Shown: piece by piece, positions 60,188-61,658 of the stretch
Layout of the letters: the number at the start of each line of letters is the position of its first letter
Numbering within the stretch: the first letter of the stretch is position 1
DNA from: an uncultured Janthinobacterium sp.
GTDB taxonomy: Bacteria > Pseudomonadota > Gammaproteobacteria > Burkholderiales > Burkholderiaceae_D
DNA: 61,658 nucleotides
Direction of reading: 5' to 3'
NCBI GenBank assembly: GCA_963530105.1
Contig: CAUSDR010000001.1
Span: forward strand, 1 to 61,658
Made by a program: the position numbers and the translations under genes
The notes under the pieces: model-generated
The model's database searches: none
What the model saw: only the letters and a program-made list of their open reading frames with translations
Told to the model about the DNA's origin: nothing

Positions 60188-61531
60188 ATGAACAAGACCA
60201 TCCGTGAACTGGCGGCCGACCTGGCCGCCGGCCGCATCACCAGCGTGGAACTGACGCAGCGCATGCTGGCGCGCGCCGAGGCGCACCGGGCGCAGGGCGG
60301 CCATGCCTATGTCAGCCTTGATGGCGAACAGGCGCTGGCCGAGGCCCGCGCCAGCGACGCGGCGCGTGCCGCCGGCTGGGTGCCGTCGCCGCTGGCCGGC
60401 ATTCCGCTGTCCATCAAGGACCTGTTCGACGTCAAGGGACAAACCAGCAGCGCCGCCTCGCTGGCACTGGCCGAGGCGCCGCCCGCCGCCGCCGATGCCG
60501 GTGCCGTGGCGCGCCTGCGCGCGGCCGGCGCTGTCCTGCTGGGACGCACCAACATGAGCGAATTCGCCTTTTCCGGCCTGGGCCTGAATCCCCATTACGG
60601 CACGCCGCGCAATCCGCTGGACCGCGACAGAGTGGCGGGCGGTTCCACTTCGGGCGGCGCCGTGACGGTGGCGCTGGACATGGCGGCCGGCGCGCTGGGC
60701 ACGGACACGGGCGGCTCGATCCGCATCCCGTCCGCCTTTTGCGGCCTGACCGGCTTCAAGCCGACGGCGGCTTCCGTCCCGCTGGCTGGCACGGTGCCGC
60801 TGTCGCGCTCCCTCGATTCGGCCGGTCCCCTCGCGCGCAGCGTCGATTGCTGCGCGATCGTCTACGCGGCGCTGTCGGGCCAGGAGATCGGCGTTGACGC
60901 GCCGGCAGTGAAAGGGCTGCGCTTTGGCTTTACCGCCGATTACGTCGGCGCCCATGTCGAGCCGCAGGTGCAGCAGGCGTTTGACCGCGCGCTGGAGCAG
61001 TTGCGCGCGGCCGGCGCGCAAGTTCAGCAGTTCGATTTCCCCGAGCTGCTGGAACTGCCGACCATCAATGGCGGCGGCGGGATGGTGGCCGCCGAGGCGT
61101 GGCACTGGCACCGCGCGCTGCTGGAAGAGCAGGGCGCACAGTACGACCAGCGCGTGGCGGCGCGCATCCGCCGCGGCCAGCAGCAGGGCGCGGCCGACTA
61201 CATCGACCTGCTCGACGCACGCGCGCGCCTGATCGAGGTTGCAGAGCGGCGCCTGGCGCCATTCGACGCCTGGCTGATGCCCAGCGTGGCCATCGTGGCG
61301 CCGCAGGTCGCGCCGCTGGAAGCCGATGACGCCACCTTCTTCGCCACGAATGGCCTGGTGCTGCGCAACGCCAGCGTGATCAACTTCCTGGACGGCTGCG
61401 CCTTGTCACTGCCTTGCCATGCCGAGGGTGAACTGCCCGTGGGGCTGGGCATCTGCGGCCTGGCGGGCGCCGATGCAAGCGTGTTGCGGATCGGCCGGGC
61501 AGTGGAGGCATTGTTGGGGGCACAAGAATAA
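60188..61531 (+). CDS. Amidase-signature family enzyme
   Basis: SIKDLFD, GRTNMSEFA, GGSTSGGA and GTDTGGSIRIP (Ser-cisSer-Lys triad). Confidence 0.93.
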   Translation: MNKTIRELAADLAAGRITSVELTQRMLARAEAHRAQGGHAYVSLDGEQALAEARASDAARAAGWVPSPLAGIPLSIKDLFDVKGQTSSAASLALAEAPPAAADAGAVARLRAAGAVLLGRTNMSEFAFSGLGLNPHYGTPRNPLDRDRVAGGSTSGGAVTVALDMAAGALGTDTGGSIRIPSAFCGLTGFKPTAASVPLAGTVPLSRSLDSAGPLARSVDCCAIVYAALSGQEIGVDAPAVKGLRFGFTADYVGAHVEPQVQQAFDRALEQLRAAGAQVQQFDFPELLELPTINGGGGMVAAEAWHWHRALLEEQGAQYDQRVAARIRRGQQQGAADYIDLLDARARLIEVAERRLAPFDAWLMPSVAIVAPQVAPLEADDATFFATNGLVLRNASVINFLDGCALSLPCHAEGELPVGLGICGLAGADASVLRIGRAVEALLGAQE

Positions 61532-61658
61532 ATAGTGCTGCAGTGCAGGAAAATGCCAACTCTGTAATATGATGGCTGGCATTGACATGGGATCGGCGCG
61601 CTTTGCCGCGCCGGCAAACATCACACTGTGCACCGATACGACCTGATTAGCTGTCATG

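Noticed and set aside
61532..61658. Possible gene start at the right edge
   Set aside because: Only short ORFs; nothing assignable.

Overview
GC-rich betaproteobacterial DNA, probably Oxalobacteraceae / Janthinobacterium-like (inferred from the PEP-CTERM tail, the REP-type repeats and gene content). Most of the window is one nucleic-acid scavenging and catabolism supercluster. In order: the 3' end of a probable puuE; xdhABC-guaD; an exported adenosine deaminase; a TonB-dependent receptor followed by three exported nucleolytic enzymes (5'-nucleotidase lipoprotein, PLD3/K4-like HKD enzyme, S1/P1 nuclease); a DeoR + NudK-fusion pair; a BMP-type nucleoside ABC transporter; xapR; psuKG; xapA-deoB-deoC-ALDH16-deoA-cdd plus a two-domain deaminase; a short accessory stretch (dipeptidase, VOC protein, small membrane protein, PagP-like protein, PEP-CTERM protein); the reductive pyrimidine / beta-alanine operon with RutR and MocR regulators; urate/allantoate genes; and an orphan LysR-EthD-like-MFS-DUF2848-amidase unit. 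Best candidate for an undescribed system: a PUL-like 'nucleic-acid utilisation locus' (TBDR + periplasmic nucleases/nucleotidase + exported ADA). It is tied to the nucleoside ABC and xapA-deo operons by a ~70-bp promoter (ATTTATA-N9-TATAAAT-N14-GTATTTGYCA...ATGCATAGT) found three times, presumably an XapR regulon. I saw no rRNA, tRNA, CRISPR array or transposase. Family assignments come from motifs and recalled sequences, not database searches.
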